From a bacterium (GTDB lineage Bacteria > SZUA-182 > DTGQ01 > JAFGSM01), in contig JBLIRO010000020.1 in assembly GCA_049472335.1 (NCBI GenBank), positions 1-64,000 on the forward strand: DNA of 64,000 nt. The letters are read 5' to 3'. The notes under the pieces were generated by a model, which was not told the DNA's origin, made no database searches, and was given only the letters and a program-made list of their open reading frames with translations. Each line of letters opens with the position of its first letter. The first letter of the stretch is position 1. A program made the position numbers and the translations under genes. Below are positions 1 through 14,324 of the stretch, in pieces.

Positions 1-493
1 TGTTAATTGCCTTATTTTACCCTACCAGCAAGGTTTTTTCTATTTTATACCCCCTTCAATTTAAATTCGATCTCGGAATTAGGGATTATAAAAGCTTTAT
101 TTAAATGCATTAAAACCAAGCTTTATTTTTTGTTTACATTTTTTATTATTTTATATTAATAAACATAATATTCTATTTTTATGTTTTGTTTTTTTAAATT
201 ATGATTTGAAATTTATTTATATCTTTGATATATTATATTGGTTGTTTATGAGAATTGCTTTTGTTTTTCTAAACTAAAAAATATAAACTTTTCCCCCCTT
301 TGTCTTTTCTATAACTCGAAAAATAATTTCTGGCTATAGAATTTAGGAGAAATAATTCCTTATGCATAATAATTTCTCTTAAACATGGATTTTTAATATT
401 ATATGCTTATGCTTAGGATATTTTGTGTTTTTCTTTTCATGTTTTTTTCTTCTTTTTTTTGATAATATGTTTATAATTATTTAAAGATAATTT

Positions 494-531
494 TAAACAT
501 ATTTATCCACATTTGTGGATAAATATGTTTA
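494..531. promoter_or_regulatory. Inverted pair of perfect DnaA boxes upstream of dnaA (oriC part / dnaA autoregulation)
   Basis: TTATCCACA at 503-511 and TGTGGATAA at 514-522, inside a perfect 18-bp inverted repeat (494-511 / 514-531), in very AT-rich DNA 50 bp before dnaA. Confidence 0.9.
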
Positions 532-580
532 TATCCTTTTGATTTTTTTTATATTTATATAAATCATATACTTATAGATT

Positions 581-1933
581 ATGAATGATATTTGGATAAA
601 AACCCTTAATCGACTTGAAAATTTGATAAATAAACATAGTTTTAATACTTGGTTAAGACCTACTAAATTTAAATTCTTTGATGGTGAGACCCTTCAGGTA
701 GAAGTACCTAATAAATTCTTTAAATCCTGGCTTCTTGAAAATTATCATAATTTGATTTTAGAAAACCTTAGGTCTATTACAAATAATTCGACCGAAATAG
801 AATATTTAATTTCTAATGAATCTATCTATGATGACAACGTATCATTCTTGTTGAATAGAAAAGAAGATTCTTCTAAAACTTCAGAACAATTAAAGCAAAA
901 AGATTCTAATTTCTCAGTAAATCTAAATCCTAAATATACCTTTAATAAGTTTATAGTAGGATCTTGTAATCAATTTGCACATGCTGCGTCAAAAGCGGTT
1001 GCCGAACATCCTTCCTTAACTTATAATCCTCTTTTTATTTACGGAGGCGTTGGTCTCGGAAAAACTCATCTTTTACATGCAATTGGACATTATATATTGA
1101 AACATTTCGATAATATGAATGTTTTATACATTCAATCAGAAAAATTCACAAATGAACTCATTAATTCTATCAGATATGACAGAATGGACCTTTTTAGATC
1201 AAAATACAGAAGTATTGATATCTTATTAATAGATGACATTCAATTTATAGCCGGAAAAGAAAGGACCGAAGAGGAATTTTTTCATACATTTAATTCTCTT
1301 TTCGAGAGTCATAAACAAATTGTGATCTCCAGTGATTCATCTCCAAAAGAGATACCAACCATAGAAGAAAGATTACGATCCCGCTTTGAATGGGGGCTCA
1401 TTGCAGATATTCAACCCCCTGAACTTGAGACAAAAGTAGCTATATTGTTTAAAAAAGCAGAGATTAATAATATAGAATTACCTACGGATGTCGCGTTTTT
1501 TATTGCTAATAATATTAAATCCAATATCAGGGAATTGGAGGGGTGTTTAATAAAGTTGATTGCATTTTCCTCTCTTACCGGATCTACTATTAATCTCGAA
1601 ATGTCAAAGGAAGTCTTAAAAGACATTCTTTATCCAAAGGAAAATATAATATACATTGAAGACATACAAAAGAATATTTGTAAATTTTATAACATAAAAT
1701 TATCCGATCTTAAGTCAAAAACACGCAGCCGTCATATTGCCTTTCCAAGACAAATAGGAATGTTTTTATCTAGAAAGCTGACTGAAAAATCTTTAACCCA
1801 GATAGGGGAATCTTTTGGAGGGAAAGATCATACAACAGTAATGCATGCTTGTGAAAAAATAGAAAATCTAATAGAAAGTAATTTCGAATTAAGACAAAAT
1901 GTTAATAAAATTATTGAGATGGTCAGAAAGTGA
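581..1933 (+). CDS. dnaA: Chromosomal replication initiator DnaA
   Basis: NPKYTF, Walker A GGVGLGKTHL, LLIDDIQF, RLRSRFEWG, C-terminal GGKDHTTVMHA. Confidence 0.99.
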   Translation: MNDIWIKTLNRLENLINKHSFNTWLRPTKFKFFDGETLQVEVPNKFFKSWLLENYHNLILENLRSITNNSTEIEYLISNESIYDDNVSFLLNRKEDSSKTSEQLKQKDSNFSVNLNPKYTFNKFIVGSCNQFAHAASKAVAEHPSLTYNPLFIYGGVGLGKTHLLHAIGHYILKHFDNMNVLYIQSEKFTNELINSIRYDRMDLFRSKYRSIDILLIDDIQFIAGKERTEEEFFHTFNSLFESHKQIVISSDSSPKEIPTIEERLRSRFEWGLIADIQPPELETKVAILFKKAEINNIELPTDVAFFIANNIKSNIRELEGCLIKLIAFSSLTGSTINLEMSKEVLKDILYPKENIIYIEDIQKNICKFYNIKLSDLKSKTRSRHIAFPRQIGMFLSRKLTEKSLTQIGESFGGKDHTTVMHACEKIENLIESNFELRQNVNKIIEMVRK

Positions 1934-4571
<2,638 letters not shown>

Positions 4572-4607
4572 TCTATAAATCAAATATCTTAAGAAAGTTA
4601 ATTCCAT

Positions 4608-7064
4608 ATGATAGCAGAACAGAAAAATATTCCGGTAGATATTGAAGATGAGATGAGAACATCTTATCTGGATTATGCCATGAGCGTAATTATAGGGAGG
4701 GCCTTACCTGATGTCAGGGATGGCCTAAAACCTGTTCATCGTCGTATATTGTTTGGTATGCATGAGCTGGGTCTCTCATGGAACAGGCCTTATAAAAAAT
4801 CAGCAAGGATTGTGGGTGAGGTCCTGGGAAAATATCATCCCCATGGAGATACTGCTCTTTATGACAGTATAACAAGAATGGTCCAGGATTTCTCTATGAG
4901 GATACCCCTGATTGATGGTCAGGGAAATTTTGGTTCAGTGGATGGTGATTCACCAGCGGCAATGAGATATACCGAGATTCGTCTAGCACGGATAAGCGAA
5001 AACATGCTGATGGATCTGGATAAGGATACAGTAGATTTTGTTCCTAATTTTGACGGAAGTCTTACAGAACCTGTTGTGCTTCCTGCGAGAATTCCTAATC
5101 TTCTCGTTAACGGTTCTGCAGGTATCGCTGTTGGTATGTCTACAAATATTCCTCCCCATAATCTCGGAGAGGTTATAGATGCACTTATTCATATGATAGA
5201 TCATCCAGGTGCTGATATCGATACTATTATGGAGCACATCAAGGGCCCGGATTTCCCTACGGGTGCTTTTATTTATGGTAAAGAGGGTATTATCGATGCA
5301 TATCGAACCGGAAGAGGAATTATTCAGATCAGGGCCAGATGTGAGGTCGAGATTGAAGAAAAGAAAGAAAGAGAAAGTATAATAGTAAAAGAGCTTCCCT
5401 ATCAGGTGAATAAATCAAGGCTTATAGAAAAGATTGCTGATCTGGTCAATGAAGGTAAATTGGAGGGAATACACGATATAAGAGACGAGTCGGATAGGGA
5501 AGGTATGCGAATCGTTATGGAAGTAAAGAAGAATAAGATTGCCAAGGTAATTATGAATCAATTATATAAACATACCCAGATGCAGGTTAGTTTTGGAATT
5601 ATCATGCTTGCATTGGTTAATAATAAACCTAAGATATTGAATATAAAAAGCTTGTTAACTCTGTTTTTAGAGCATAGAAGAGAAATTGTTACACGCCGGA
5701 CAAGATTTGAACTCAAAGAAGCAAAAGAAAAGGCACATATTCTGGAAGGATTAAAGATAGCAATAGACAATATTGATGAGGTTGTTAATCTTATAAGATC
5801 ATCTGCCTCTCCCGAAGAAGCAAAAGAAAAACTAACCTCGAACTTTAATCTTTCAGAGATACAGGCAAATGCCATTCTCAATATGAGGCTTCAAAGATTG
5901 ACAGGATTGGAAAGAGAAAAAATAGAAAGGGATTTGGAAGCCCTTTATAGCTTAATAAAGGAACTAGAATCAATTTTAGCCAGCAACGAGCTTCTAATGA
6001 ATGTTATTAAGAAAGAACTCCTTGAAATCAAAAAAACTTATGATAAACCTCGGCTTAGCAAGATTATACCCCATGAAGATGAAATAGACTATGAAGATAT
6101 GATACAGGACAAAGATGTCGTGGTTGTGATTACTCATCGCGGATATGCAAAGACTACATCCCTGGATAATTATAGAATACAAAAAAGAAGAGGATATGGC
6201 GTTAAAGGTGTTACTACGGTAGAAGAGGATTTTCCCGAACACATTTTTGTAACCACCACTCACCACTATATATTCTTCTTTACCGATTCGGGACGCTTTT
6301 ACTGGTTAAAGGTCTATGATATACCTGAAGTTATGAGACAATCAAAGGGAAAGCCCCTTGTAAATCTCTTGCCTATCTCTAATGATGAAAGGATTACTGC
6401 CATTTTTACTTTCAAGGAATTTGACGAAGGCCATTATCTCATCATGGCAACTAAAAAGGGGAAGGTTAAGAAAAGCAAAGTAAGTGAGTATCAGACTTCA
6501 AGGGGGCTTTGTATGCAAGGAACCATAGGTATTGAATTAGAAGAAGAAGATCGTCTTATATCCGTTAAGATGACGGACGGTAATAAACATATAATATTGG
6601 GAACAAGAAAAGGAAAGGCAATACATTTTAATGAAACGGAAATCAGACCAATGGGGAGGCGTTGTCAAGGAGTTAGAGGGATTAATTTAGATACAGATGA
6701 TGAAGTTGTCGATATGCAGACCGTGGTTGAAGGTGACTCCCTGCTTACTGTTACAGAGAAAGGATATGGTAAATTAAGCTCATTATCTTTATACAGACTA
6801 CAAAAACGTAGTGGAAAGGGATTAAAAAATATCCATATAAAAAAGGAAAAGGGCCTCGTTGTCGGCATAAAAATAGTAGGAGAGACAGATACAATCATGC
6901 TTATAACTTCATCCGGGAACGTGATTTGGGTACCCGTAAAAGGAATACGCTCTTTGGGGAGGTATACACAGGGAGTGAAGCTGGTGGCCCTTGATGAAGA
7001 TGACAGAGTTGTAGGAGTAGCATGTCTTGAGGAGAGGCCTGAAACCGGAGATGAAAAAGAATAG
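4608..7064 (+). CDS. gyrA: DNA gyrase subunit A
   Basis: [29 protein letters not shown] catalytic Tyr, C-terminal beta-pinwheel with GyrA-box variant QKRRGYG. Confidence 0.98.
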   Translation: MIAEQKNIPVDIEDEMRTSYLDYAMSVIIGRALPDVRDGLKPVHRRILFGMHELGLSWNRPYKKSARIVGEVLGKYHPHGDTALYDSITRMVQDFSMRIPLIDGQGNFGSVDGDSPAAMRYTEIRLARISENMLMDLDKDTVDFVPNFDGSLTEPVVLPARIPNLLVNGSAGIAVGMSTNIPPHNLGEVIDALIHMIDHPGADIDTIMEHIKGPDFPTGAFIYGKEGIIDAYRTGRGIIQIRARCEVEIEEKKERESIIVKELPYQVNKSRLIEKIADLVNEGKLEGIHDIRDESDREGMRIVMEVKKNKIAKVIMNQLYKHTQMQVSFGIIMLALVNNKPKILNIKSLLTLFLEHRREIVTRRTRFELKEAKEKAHILEGLKIAIDNIDEVVNLIRSSASPEEAKEKLTSNFNLSEIQANAILNMRLQRLTGLEREKIERDLEALYSLIKELESILASNELLMNVIKKELLEIKKTYDKPRLSKIIPHEDEIDYEDMIQDKDVVVVITHRGYAKTTSLDNYRIQKRRGYGVKGVTTVEEDFPEHIFVTTTHHYIFFFTDSGRFYWLKVYDIPEVMRQSKGKPLVNLLPISNDERITAIFTFKEFDEGHYLIMATKKGKVKKSKVSEYQTSRGLCMQGTIGIELEEEDRLISVKMTDGNKHIILGTRKGKAIHFNETEIRPMGRRCQGVRGINLDTDDEVVDMQTVVEGDSLLTVTEKGYGKLSSLSLYRLQKRSGKGLKNIHIKKEKGLVVGIKIVGETDTIMLITSSGNVIWVPVKGIRSLGRYTQGVKLVALDEDDRVVGVACLEERPETGDEKE

Positions 7065-7863
7065 ACGCATTCTATTTTTTCTGATACTTTTCCTGATAAT
7101 CGGTTGTTTTGGAAAAAGAAAAGCTGATAGTCTCTTTAATTATGCCGTAGATCTTTGGAGGAAGGGGAAATATGTAAAGGCCCTTGAAACATTTGAAAAA
7201 TTTGTTAATTCATATCCCGATCATCCTTCCTGCCCTGAAGCAAACCTATGGATCGGAGATATCCATTATCTTTATTTAAATGAATATGTCCAGGCATTAT
7301 ATGATTATCGCCGATTAGTCAATAATCATCCAAAAAGCGAATACGCTCCGATCGCTCAGATGAAGATAGCAAAGATTCTGTTTGAGTTTCTTTCAGAGGA
7401 ATTTCAGTCTATAACAGAATATCAAATATTTTTAAAGCTTTTTCCTGATCATTCACTGGCGCCGGAAGCTCAGTATAATATAGCCGAAATTTATGCATAT
7501 CTTGAGGATTTTAAACAGGCGATTACTGAATTTGAGCTTTTTCTTGATAAATATCCCGATTCTGATATGAAAATTAATGTGCATCAAAGAATAGGAGAAC
7601 TTTATTGTTTGGAAAAGATGTTTTCCGAGTCAATAGAACACTTAAACAAAGCTCTTAAATTATCTAAGGAAGAAGATGAAAGGTCAATTATAAATAAAAT
7701 CATGGCAGATTGCTACGCAAGCCAGGGGGCCTTGTCCAAGAGTTTGAGTTTATATGAAGAGATGCTAAAGAATGATCCGGAGAACGGTATACTAAAGGAT
7801 CGTATTGAGAGTTTAAGGACACAGCTCAAGGTTTCAAATTCGGCACAAAGATACAGATGGTAG
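7051..7863 (+). CDS. TPR lipoprotein, BamD/CpoB-like
   Basis: Likely start at ATG 7051 ([19 protein letters not shown] lipobox); repeated [29 protein letters not shown] motifs; overlaps the gyrA end. Confidence 0.75.
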   Translation: MKKNRRILFFLILFLIIGCFGKRKADSLFNYAVDLWRKGKYVKALETFEKFVNSYPDHPSCPEANLWIGDIHYLYLNEYVQALYDYRRLVNNHPKSEYAPIAQMKIAKILFEFLSEEFQSITEYQIFLKLFPDHSLAPEAQYNIAEIYAYLEDFKQAITEFELFLDKYPDSDMKINVHQRIGELYCLEKMFSESIEHLNKALKLSKEEDERSIINKIMADCYASQGALSKSLSLYEEMLKNDPENGILKDRIESLRTQLKVSNSAQRYRW

Positions 7864-7998
7864 ATTCATGGTGAGATCTTGGCATATAAAACAGGTAATT
7901 ATGCCAATTGTAAGCCATCTAATTATTAATTAGCAAGAGAAATTGAGATCAAAATTAGAATTCCTTGATATTACCCTATAAATATTAATCTATAGAAA

Positions 7999-8027
7999 TT
8001 GACAGATAAAAGAGCCGGTGATAATCT
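7999..8027 (+). promoter_or_regulatory. Sigma70-type promoter for serS
   Basis: TTGACA-N17-TAATCT with an extended TG. Confidence 0.5.
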
Positions 8028-8072
8028 TATATCCCTATTTTATTTATTAAATTTTCGAACAGGAAGAGAACT

Positions 8073-9356
8073 TTGTTAGACAAGAGATATATAAGGGAAA
8101 ATTTTGAATTTATCAAAAAGAAGGTAGATCTGCGAGGGGCTGATATAGATCTGGATGCATTTACTCAGAATGACGAGGAAAGACGCGAAATACTAAGAAA
8201 AATAGAAGAACTAAGACATAAGAAGAATGTGGTATCCGAAAAGATAGGTGTAATGATAAAAAATAAGGAGGATGCATCGGAACTGATCAGAGAGATGAAG
8301 GGTGTCTCTGAGGATATAAAACAACTGGAAGAAAGGATCAGGATTGCAGAAGAAGCGCTGGATATCATTTCCCTTTCGATTCCCAATATTCCGCATGATT
8401 CTGTACCTATAGGCATGGATGAAACATTCAATAAATTAATTAAAACCTGGGGAGAGCCAAAAAAGTTCTCTTTTAATCCAAAACCGCATTGGGATTTAGG
8501 GGAGAACCTTGATATCATAGACTTTGAACGTGCCTCTAAAATATCCGGCTCCAGATTTGTTCTTCTAAAGGGTAAAGGGGCCCTCTTAGAAAGGGCGCTC
8601 ATCACTTTTATGCTGGATCTTCATATTAAAGAACACGGTTACACAGAGGTACTGCCTCCCATATTGGTGAATAGTGAAAGCCTGTTTGGAACAGGACAGC
8701 TTCCCAAGTTTGAGGACGATCTCTTTCGGATAAGTAATGGAGATTATTATCTAATTCCTACGGCAGAAGTACCGGTTACAAATATCCATAGGCAAGAGAT
8801 CCTTGACGGAGATAGCTTACCTATTAGATATGTCTCGTTTACGCCCTGTTTCAGAAGCGAGGCAGGCTCATATGGTAAAGACACAAGAGGCCTTATAAGA
8901 CAGCATCAATTTGATAAGGTAGAATTGGTAAAATTTGTCCGGCCGGAAAATTCGTATGATGACCTGGAAACACTTCTTCTGGATGCCGAAGAGGTATTAA
9001 AAAGGCTGGAGATTCCATACAGGGTTGTTTCCCTTTGCACAGGAGATCTCGGCTTTTCATCAGCAAAAACCTATGATATTGAGGCCTGGGTTCCAAGCCA
9101 GGGTCTTTACAGGGAGATATCTTCGTGCAGTAACTTTGAGGATTTTCAAGCAAGAAGATCAAAAATACGTTTCAGGGATAAACCATCAGGCAAGACGGAA
9201 TTGGTGCACACATTAAATGGCTCCGGTTTGGCGGTTGGCCGAACCATGGTTGCTGTTCTGGAAAACTACCAGGAAGAGAATGGCGATGTAATAATTCCGA
9301 ATGTTTTACGTCCTTATATGGATGGGATGGAAAAACTCTTAAGTTCAAAAACCTGA
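8073..9356 (+). CDS. serS: Serine--tRNA ligase
   Basis: N-terminal coiled coil, [49 protein letters not shown] start. Confidence 0.99.
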   Translation: MLDKRYIRENFEFIKKKVDLRGADIDLDAFTQNDEERREILRKIEELRHKKNVVSEKIGVMIKNKEDASELIREMKGVSEDIKQLEERIRIAEEALDIISLSIPNIPHDSVPIGMDETFNKLIKTWGEPKKFSFNPKPHWDLGENLDIIDFERASKISGSRFVLLKGKGALLERALITFMLDLHIKEHGYTEVLPPILVNSESLFGTGQLPKFEDDLFRISNGDYYLIPTAEVPVTNIHRQEILDGDSLPIRYVSFTPCFRSEAGSYGKDTRGLIRQHQFDKVELVKFVRPENSYDDLETLLLDAEEVLKRLEIPYRVVSLCTGDLGFSSAKTYDIEAWVPSQGLYREISSCSNFEDFQARRSKIRFRDKPSGKTELVHTLNGSGLAVGRTMVAVLENYQEENGDVIIPNVLRPYMDGMEKLLSSKT

Positions 9357-9466
9357 AAGATTTTAAAACGATAAAGACATATTTTTTGTTAAACTATTTT
9401 TGGTTTGAACTGCATTATAACCAAGTCTGTTTGGTATTAGAAAGATACTTATATTATTTTAAGGTT

Positions 9467-9552
9467 GGAGGGATGGCCGAGTGGTTTAAGGCGGCGGTCT
9501 TGAAAACCGTTGACCGAAAGGTCCGTGGGTTCGAATCCTACTCCCTCCGCCA
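9467..9552 (+). tRNA. tRNA-Ser (anticodon UGA)
   Basis: GGAGGGA..TCCCTCC-G-CCA acceptor stem, GCGGT-CT-TGA-AA-ACCGT anticodon arm, long variable arm, GTTCGAATC T-loop. Confidence 0.97.
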
Positions 9553-9780
9553 TCCTTTAAAACAATATTAAAGTGCTCACGAAAAAATAAATACACTATT
9601 TGAAATGTTTACAGATTCATACCGTTGTGCTTCTAATTTAAAATTCAATGGTTTTTTAGAATTAATCTCAAATAATAATTTATCTGGTTCTTTCTTTATA
9701 AAAATCGCTAAAAACATTTAATCCAATTGCCTTTTGAGAGAATTTCTGATATAAAGATAGCCATTAGACATGGATACATT

Positions 9781-9874
<94 letters not shown>

Positions 9875-9903
9875 TTTATCCGCCCAATTCATATAGATAT
9901 ATT

Positions 9904-9939
9904 AAGGCATTCCATCGATATCGGTAGAATGTCTTTTTT
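9904..9939 (+). terminator. Probable intrinsic terminator after tRNA-Ser(GCU)
   Basis: AAGGCATTC...GAATGTCTT stem followed by a T run. Confidence 0.55.
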
Positions 9940-10486
9940 ATAGATATTTATAGCTGTTTGAGGATAGGAAATGTTCTTATATTGAGAGAAGGGATATCAG
10001 TAGTTTCAAAGGATTATAAAATATAAGGAATTTTAAACAGATAGTTTCATATGAAATAATAATATAATTTTTTTATTTATATAATGTGATATAATTGGTT
10101 ATCGGCGGGATATAAGTAATAAATATGCTGGCTTTTCGAATTTTCTTCATTCATACAACAACTATTCAGTGTATTGAGTCAGGGGGCTCAAACTGTGAAA
10201 CCTTTTGGATATGCTTTTAGCCTATCATTTAATAAGAGATTTTTTGGTAAAAATATATAATTGATTTAATTAGAGTTTTATATATTTATAAAGTGTCAGA
10301 GAGAAAAACCAGTGCCTGTAAATATCATGCATAAAAAAGGATAAGTAATACTTGGTTTTGAATTAATTTTAAATCTATTCATTATGTCCTTTTTTTGTTT
10401 ATAATGAGATAATAAGTATCAGGGAGTTAAAATATTTGTGGTGATTGGTGGTTGGTAAACATGATGAAAGGCAACGGTGATAGGTA

Positions 10487-11035
10487 ATGGATGAAGAAAA
10501 ATTTCTGACCATAAGCGAAATTGCTGAAAGAATAGGAGTACCGGAGAACTCTGCCAGAAGATATGCCAAATTGTTTAAGGATTTTTTACCTAAAAAGGTC
10601 CTTGGCCGGGTTAAGAAGTATTCGCCTGATTCCCTGGATGTTATATTTGAGATCTCTGAGATGTATAAAAAGGGCTACGATACTGAAGGCATCTTTGAGA
10701 AGCTTCAGGATAAGAGGAATCGGATCTTTGAGGTCGAATCCAACGGTAAGCAGCAACCACCATCAACAACCACCGCGGCCAGAAATACAAGAGATCTTGA
10801 GATCTATACACAAGCCATAAAGGACCTTTCGGTTTCGTTTAAAGACATTGCCACAGCACTGGAGAGGTCTGCGCAGAAAAACGAAGTCATAAACGAGCTG
10901 CTGGTCAGGTTGAGGGAAGTGGAAGAGCGGGAGGCATGGATGCGGGAAAAAGCGGAACGATTGGAAAAGGAGATTCAATGGATTACAAAAGAATGGTTTA
11001 AAAAGAGGACTCCCTGGTGGCGCCGTCTTTTTTGA
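10487..11035 (+). CDS. MerR-like HTH + coiled-coil protein with a C-terminal amphipathic WWRRLF tail
   Basis: TISEIAERIGVPENSARRY HTH; heptad-rich C-terminal half; ends KKRTPWWRRLF. Confidence 0.75.
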   Translation: MDEEKFLTISEIAERIGVPENSARRYAKLFKDFLPKKVLGRVKKYSPDSLDVIFEISEMYKKGYDTEGIFEKLQDKRNRIFEVESNGKQQPPSTTTAARNTRDLEIYTQAIKDLSVSFKDIATALERSAQKNEVINELLVRLREVEEREAWMREKAERLEKEIQWITKEWFKKRTPWWRRLF

Positions 11036-11168
11036 TCTTTTTGCCTTAATTCCCAAGGGCGTTTTTATAAGAAAATATTTTACTTAACACACCACAACTC
11101 GAAACGAATAGGTATTTTATTGTTTCATAAAAAACGTTAAATTCTGACAGGAGATAGGAAATATTTCA

Positions 11169-11756
11169 ATGGTGAATAGAATAGAGGTTTTAATCAGGGA
11201 TATCATTCAAGAAAATATTAGGATTAATAAGTTAATTTTAGACGAAAAGCTGGAATTTATTATTAGGGTAACAGATATAATCTTAGGAGCACTCAAGAAT
11301 AAAAAAAAGGTGCTATTTTTTGGAAACGGTGGAAGCGCTGCAGATGCTCAGCATCTGGCAGCGGAATTCGTTAACAGATTTCTTTTTGATAGACCTTCCC
11401 TTCCTGCTATAGCACTAACCACAGACACCTCTGTACTTACTAGCATTGCAAATGACTCAGATTATAGATTTATCTTCAGCCGGCAGATTGAAGCATTGGG
11501 AGATGAGGGTGATGTGGCAATAGGCATAAGCACGAGCGGTACTTCCCCGAACGTTCTTGAAGCCCTGGAAAAAGCAAGGACAAAGGGTATGAAAACGATA
11601 GCATTTATTGGGGGCAGGAAAGGGGATCTTTTAGATAGAGTTGATGTTATTATTTCCGTTCCTTCGACTGATATACCCAGGATACAGGAAGCGCACATTA
11701 TGCTGGGACACATTATATGTCACTTGGTTGAAGAAGGAATGTTCCCGAAGCCTTAA
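11169..11756 (+). CDS. gmhA: D-sedoheptulose 7-phosphate isomerase
   Basis: FGNGGSAADAQHLAAEF, SIAND, ISTSGTSPNV, PRIQEAH. Confidence 0.97.
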   Translation: MVNRIEVLIRDIIQENIRINKLILDEKLEFIIRVTDIILGALKNKKKVLFFGNGGSAADAQHLAAEFVNRFLFDRPSLPAIALTTDTSVLTSIANDSDYRFIFSRQIEALGDEGDVAIGISTSGTSPNVLEALEKARTKGMKTIAFIGGRKGDLLDRVDVIISVPSTDIPRIQEAHIMLGHIICHLVEEGMFPKP

Positions 11757-11771
11757 AGCGAGAAAAGAATA

Positions 11772-12749
11772 ATGGACAAAGAAAAGGCATTGAAGGGAAT
11801 AAAGACATATTCCATAAATAAAAGGGTGAGCAAGGTTACTATTAACGATTTTTCAAGGCCCATGGAAGCGGGGCAAGGCATGGACCTTTTCTTTAGTAGT
11901 CTTCCTGATATTCTGGCAGGAAAAATATTTCGATCAGTTATTAATGCAGTAGTTTCCGCACACCGGAAACAAAGAGGCGTTATTTGGGCAATTGGCGCCC
12001 ATGTTATTAAGTGCGGATTGAATCCAATCCTGATTGACCTTGTTGAAAAAAGCATCATCACTGCCCTGGTGGTAAATGGGGCTTGTCTTGTGCATGATTT
12101 TGAGATAGCTTTTTTTGGCCGGACATCGGAGGATGTGGAGAAAGGTTTGAATACCGGTGAATTCGGCATGGCGAAAGAAACAGGGAGTATGCTAAATAAA
12201 GCTATAAACGAGGGTGTGCAGAAGGGATTGGGCATAGGAGAAGCGGTTGGCCGCTGGATAATGGAAAAGGAACCGGATTTTCTTGAATATAGTATTTTAG
12301 CAGGTGCCGCAAAAAAGGGGATTCCGATAACAGCCCATATTGCCATAGGAACGGATATCATTCATATGCATCCCGAAGCCGATGGTGAATTTCTGGGAAT
12401 AGGATGCCTGAGAGATTTTCATAATCTGACCACAATTATTAAAACCCTTGATAATGGGGGGATTTATTTTAATATAGGCTCAGCGGTTATCCTCCCAGAG
12501 GTTTTTTTGAAGGCCGTTACCATGGTCATTAATCTTGGTAACCCCCTTAAGGATTTTACAACTGTTAACATGGACTTCATTCAGCACTACCGCCCTACAC
12601 AGAATGTCGTAAAAAGACCTGTTCTGGGAAGAGGAAAGGGATATACCCTTATCGGGCATCACGAGATCATGATCCCCCTTCTGGCTGCAGGGATAAAAGA
12701 GGGTATCTCGGCAAAGGATAATAATGAGGCTGGACAGGTTGATGCTTGA
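11772..12749 (+). CDS. Deoxyhypusine-synthase-like (DHS-fold) protein of unknown function
   Basis: GAHVIKCGL, NGACLVHDFE, IGTDIIH, IGSAVILPEVFLKA, GHHEIMIPLL recognised as a conserved DHS-like family. Confidence 0.65.
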   Translation: MDKEKALKGIKTYSINKRVSKVTINDFSRPMEAGQGMDLFFSSLPDILAGKIFRSVINAVVSAHRKQRGVIWAIGAHVIKCGLNPILIDLVEKSIITALVVNGACLVHDFEIAFFGRTSEDVEKGLNTGEFGMAKETGSMLNKAINEGVQKGLGIGEAVGRWIMEKEPDFLEYSILAGAAKKGIPITAHIAIGTDIIHMHPEADGEFLGIGCLRDFHNLTTIIKTLDNGGIYFNIGSAVILPEVFLKAVTMVINLGNPLKDFTTVNMDFIQHYRPTQNVVKRPVLGRGKGYTLIGHHEIMIPLLAAGIKEGISAKDNNEAGQVDA

Positions 12750-13500
12750 ACGCGGCCTTGTTCGCAGCAGATCGCGCGCGCAGGCACTGATTATGGCCGG
12801 AAAGGTGTTTGTAGATGGTGTAAGGATTGAAAAGGCCGGTCAGGACATAACAGAGGAATCGACTGTTGAGATTAAAGGCCCGGACCATCCATATGTAAGC
12901 AGGGGAGGGGTAAAACTCGAGTCCGCATTGAGAACCTTTAAAATCGACTGTAAGGGTAATATTGCGCTGGATATCGGGGCATCTACAGGCGGATTCACGG
13001 ATTGTCTCCTGCAGCATGGGGCAAAAAAGGTATACGCCCTGGATGTGGGATTTGGACAGTTGGATTGGAGCCTTCGGCAGGACGAACGGGTAGTCAATCT
13101 TGAAAGGATCAATGTTCGTTATATCAAACCAGGATTTATTCCCGAACCTTTAGATATTGTTACAGTTGACTGCTCATTTATCTCTCTTAAACTGGTTCTT
13201 ATGGGTATTATCCCAATTCTTTCCGATTGCACCAAACTTATCTGCCTTATAAAGCCTCAATTTGAAGTGGAAAAAGGTGAAGTCGGCAAAGGCGGAGTGA
13301 TCAAAGATCCGGAAAAACATAAAAAGGTATTGAGGGGTATCTGTAGCTTTGCACGGGAACAGGGATTAACCGTAAAGGGACTCATTCCTTCACCGATAAA
13401 AGGACCGAAAGGTAATAAGGAATTTCTATGTTATATGATCAAAGGAGCAACAGATAACGAGAGGGATACAGAAAAGATTATAAAAGGGGCATTATTATAA
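12724..13500 (+). CDS. tlyA: TlyA family rRNA 2'-O-methyltransferase
   Basis: S4 domain MRLDRLM..SRSRAQ, YVSRGGVKL, DIGASTGGFTD, LIKPQFE, GNKEFL. Confidence 0.96.
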   Translation: MRLDRLMLERGLVRSRSRAQALIMAGKVFVDGVRIEKAGQDITEESTVEIKGPDHPYVSRGGVKLESALRTFKIDCKGNIALDIGASTGGFTDCLLQHGAKKVYALDVGFGQLDWSLRQDERVVNLERINVRYIKPGFIPEPLDIVTVDCSFISLKLVLMGIIPILSDCTKLICLIKPQFEVEKGEVGKGGVIKDPEKHKKVLRGICSFAREQGLTVKGLIPSPIKGPKGNKEFLCYMIKGATDNERDTEKIIKGALL

Positions 13501-13537
13501 TAATACGAAATTTTCTTAGAAAAGTATTTCATTCCTT

Positions 13538-13577
13538 AACTTTAGGTACTTGAAACTTTAGGCACATTAGGCACTTA
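13538..13577 (-). repeat. Short degenerate GTGCCTAAA-type repeat tract
   Basis: Minus strand reads TAAGTGCCTAATGTGCCTAAAGTTTCAAGTACCTAAAGTT; a related tract lies at 31915-32056. Confidence 0.65.
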
Positions 13578-13586
13578 ATCTGAAAA

Positions 13587-14324
13587 TCATCTTCCATACA
13601 TAAGTCTTTTTGCAAGCAAATCAGGCAAGCCTGCTTCAAGGATCTTGGACTGGGTGGTATGAACCTCATATTCAAGGCGCTTGAATTCGATAATCCGGCT
13701 TTCATCATCATATATCACCAGACATGCCCGCCAATCTCCATCTCTGGGTTGTCCGACACTGCCAACATTTATTATATATCTGTTTTCCGCTTTTAACTGA
13801 ATGATTTCTTCATTCTCCTGGAAGACATTGCCATCCGGACTCAATCCGATAACCATGGGTGAATGGGAATGACCAACAAAGCATAACTGCCCCTTAAAAA
13901 AAGCAAAGTTTCTTTTAGCATCACGAATACTTATTATATAATGCCATTGTTCAGGTTCAAAAGGTGATGAATGGACCATGAAAATCTTTTGATCAATTTT
14001 TTTATATATAGGGATTTCTAAAAGGTATCTTTTGTCCTTTTCATCCAAATGCTTTGAGGTCCAGATTACAGCCTCTTTGGCGAATGGATTAAAGTACTCT
14101 ATGCTTGTCAGACCTATTGCTGCATGATCATGATTGCCAGCCAGAGACAAATGGACGCTTTTTCTGATTTCTGATATGCATTCATTGGGATTTGCCCCAT
14201 ATCCCACAATGTCTCCCAAAGAATAAATTCTTGCATCGGGATACCTTTCTATTAACCGTAATGTAGAATGGAGTGCCTCTAAATTTCCATGCACATCTGA
14301 GAATATGATGATCTTCATTAACAA
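13587..14324 (-). CDS. Calcineurin-like metallophosphoesterase
   Basis: SDVHGN, LGDIVGYG, GNHD, GHSH, INVGSVGQPRD. Confidence 0.93.
   Translation of the reverse strand: MLMKIIIFSDVHGNLEALHSTLRLIERYPDARIYSLGDIVGYGANPNECISEIRKSVHLSLAGNHDHAAIGLTSIEYFNPFAKEAVIWTSKHLDEKDKRYLLEIPIYKKIDQKIFMVHSSPFEPEQWHYIISIRDAKRNFAFFKGQLCFVGHSHSPMVIGLSPDGNVFQENEEIIQLKAENRYIINVGSVGQPRDGDWRACLVIYDDESRIIEFKRLEYEVHTTQSKILEAGLPDLLAKRLMYGR

Noticed and set aside
1..480. Divergent rpmH or other small gene upstream of dnaA
   Set aside because: No recognisable L34 reading frame inside the window; only AT-rich non-coding DNA
9467..9552. tRNA with TGA in the loop as tRNA-Sec or an opal suppressor explaining the in-frame TGA at 46812
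   Set aside because: Anticodon UGA reads UCA (Ser); Sec or suppressor tRNAs need UCA. The acceptor stem is the ordinary 7 bp
9386..9571. 61-aa ORF
   Set aside because: It overlaps tRNA-Ser; spurious
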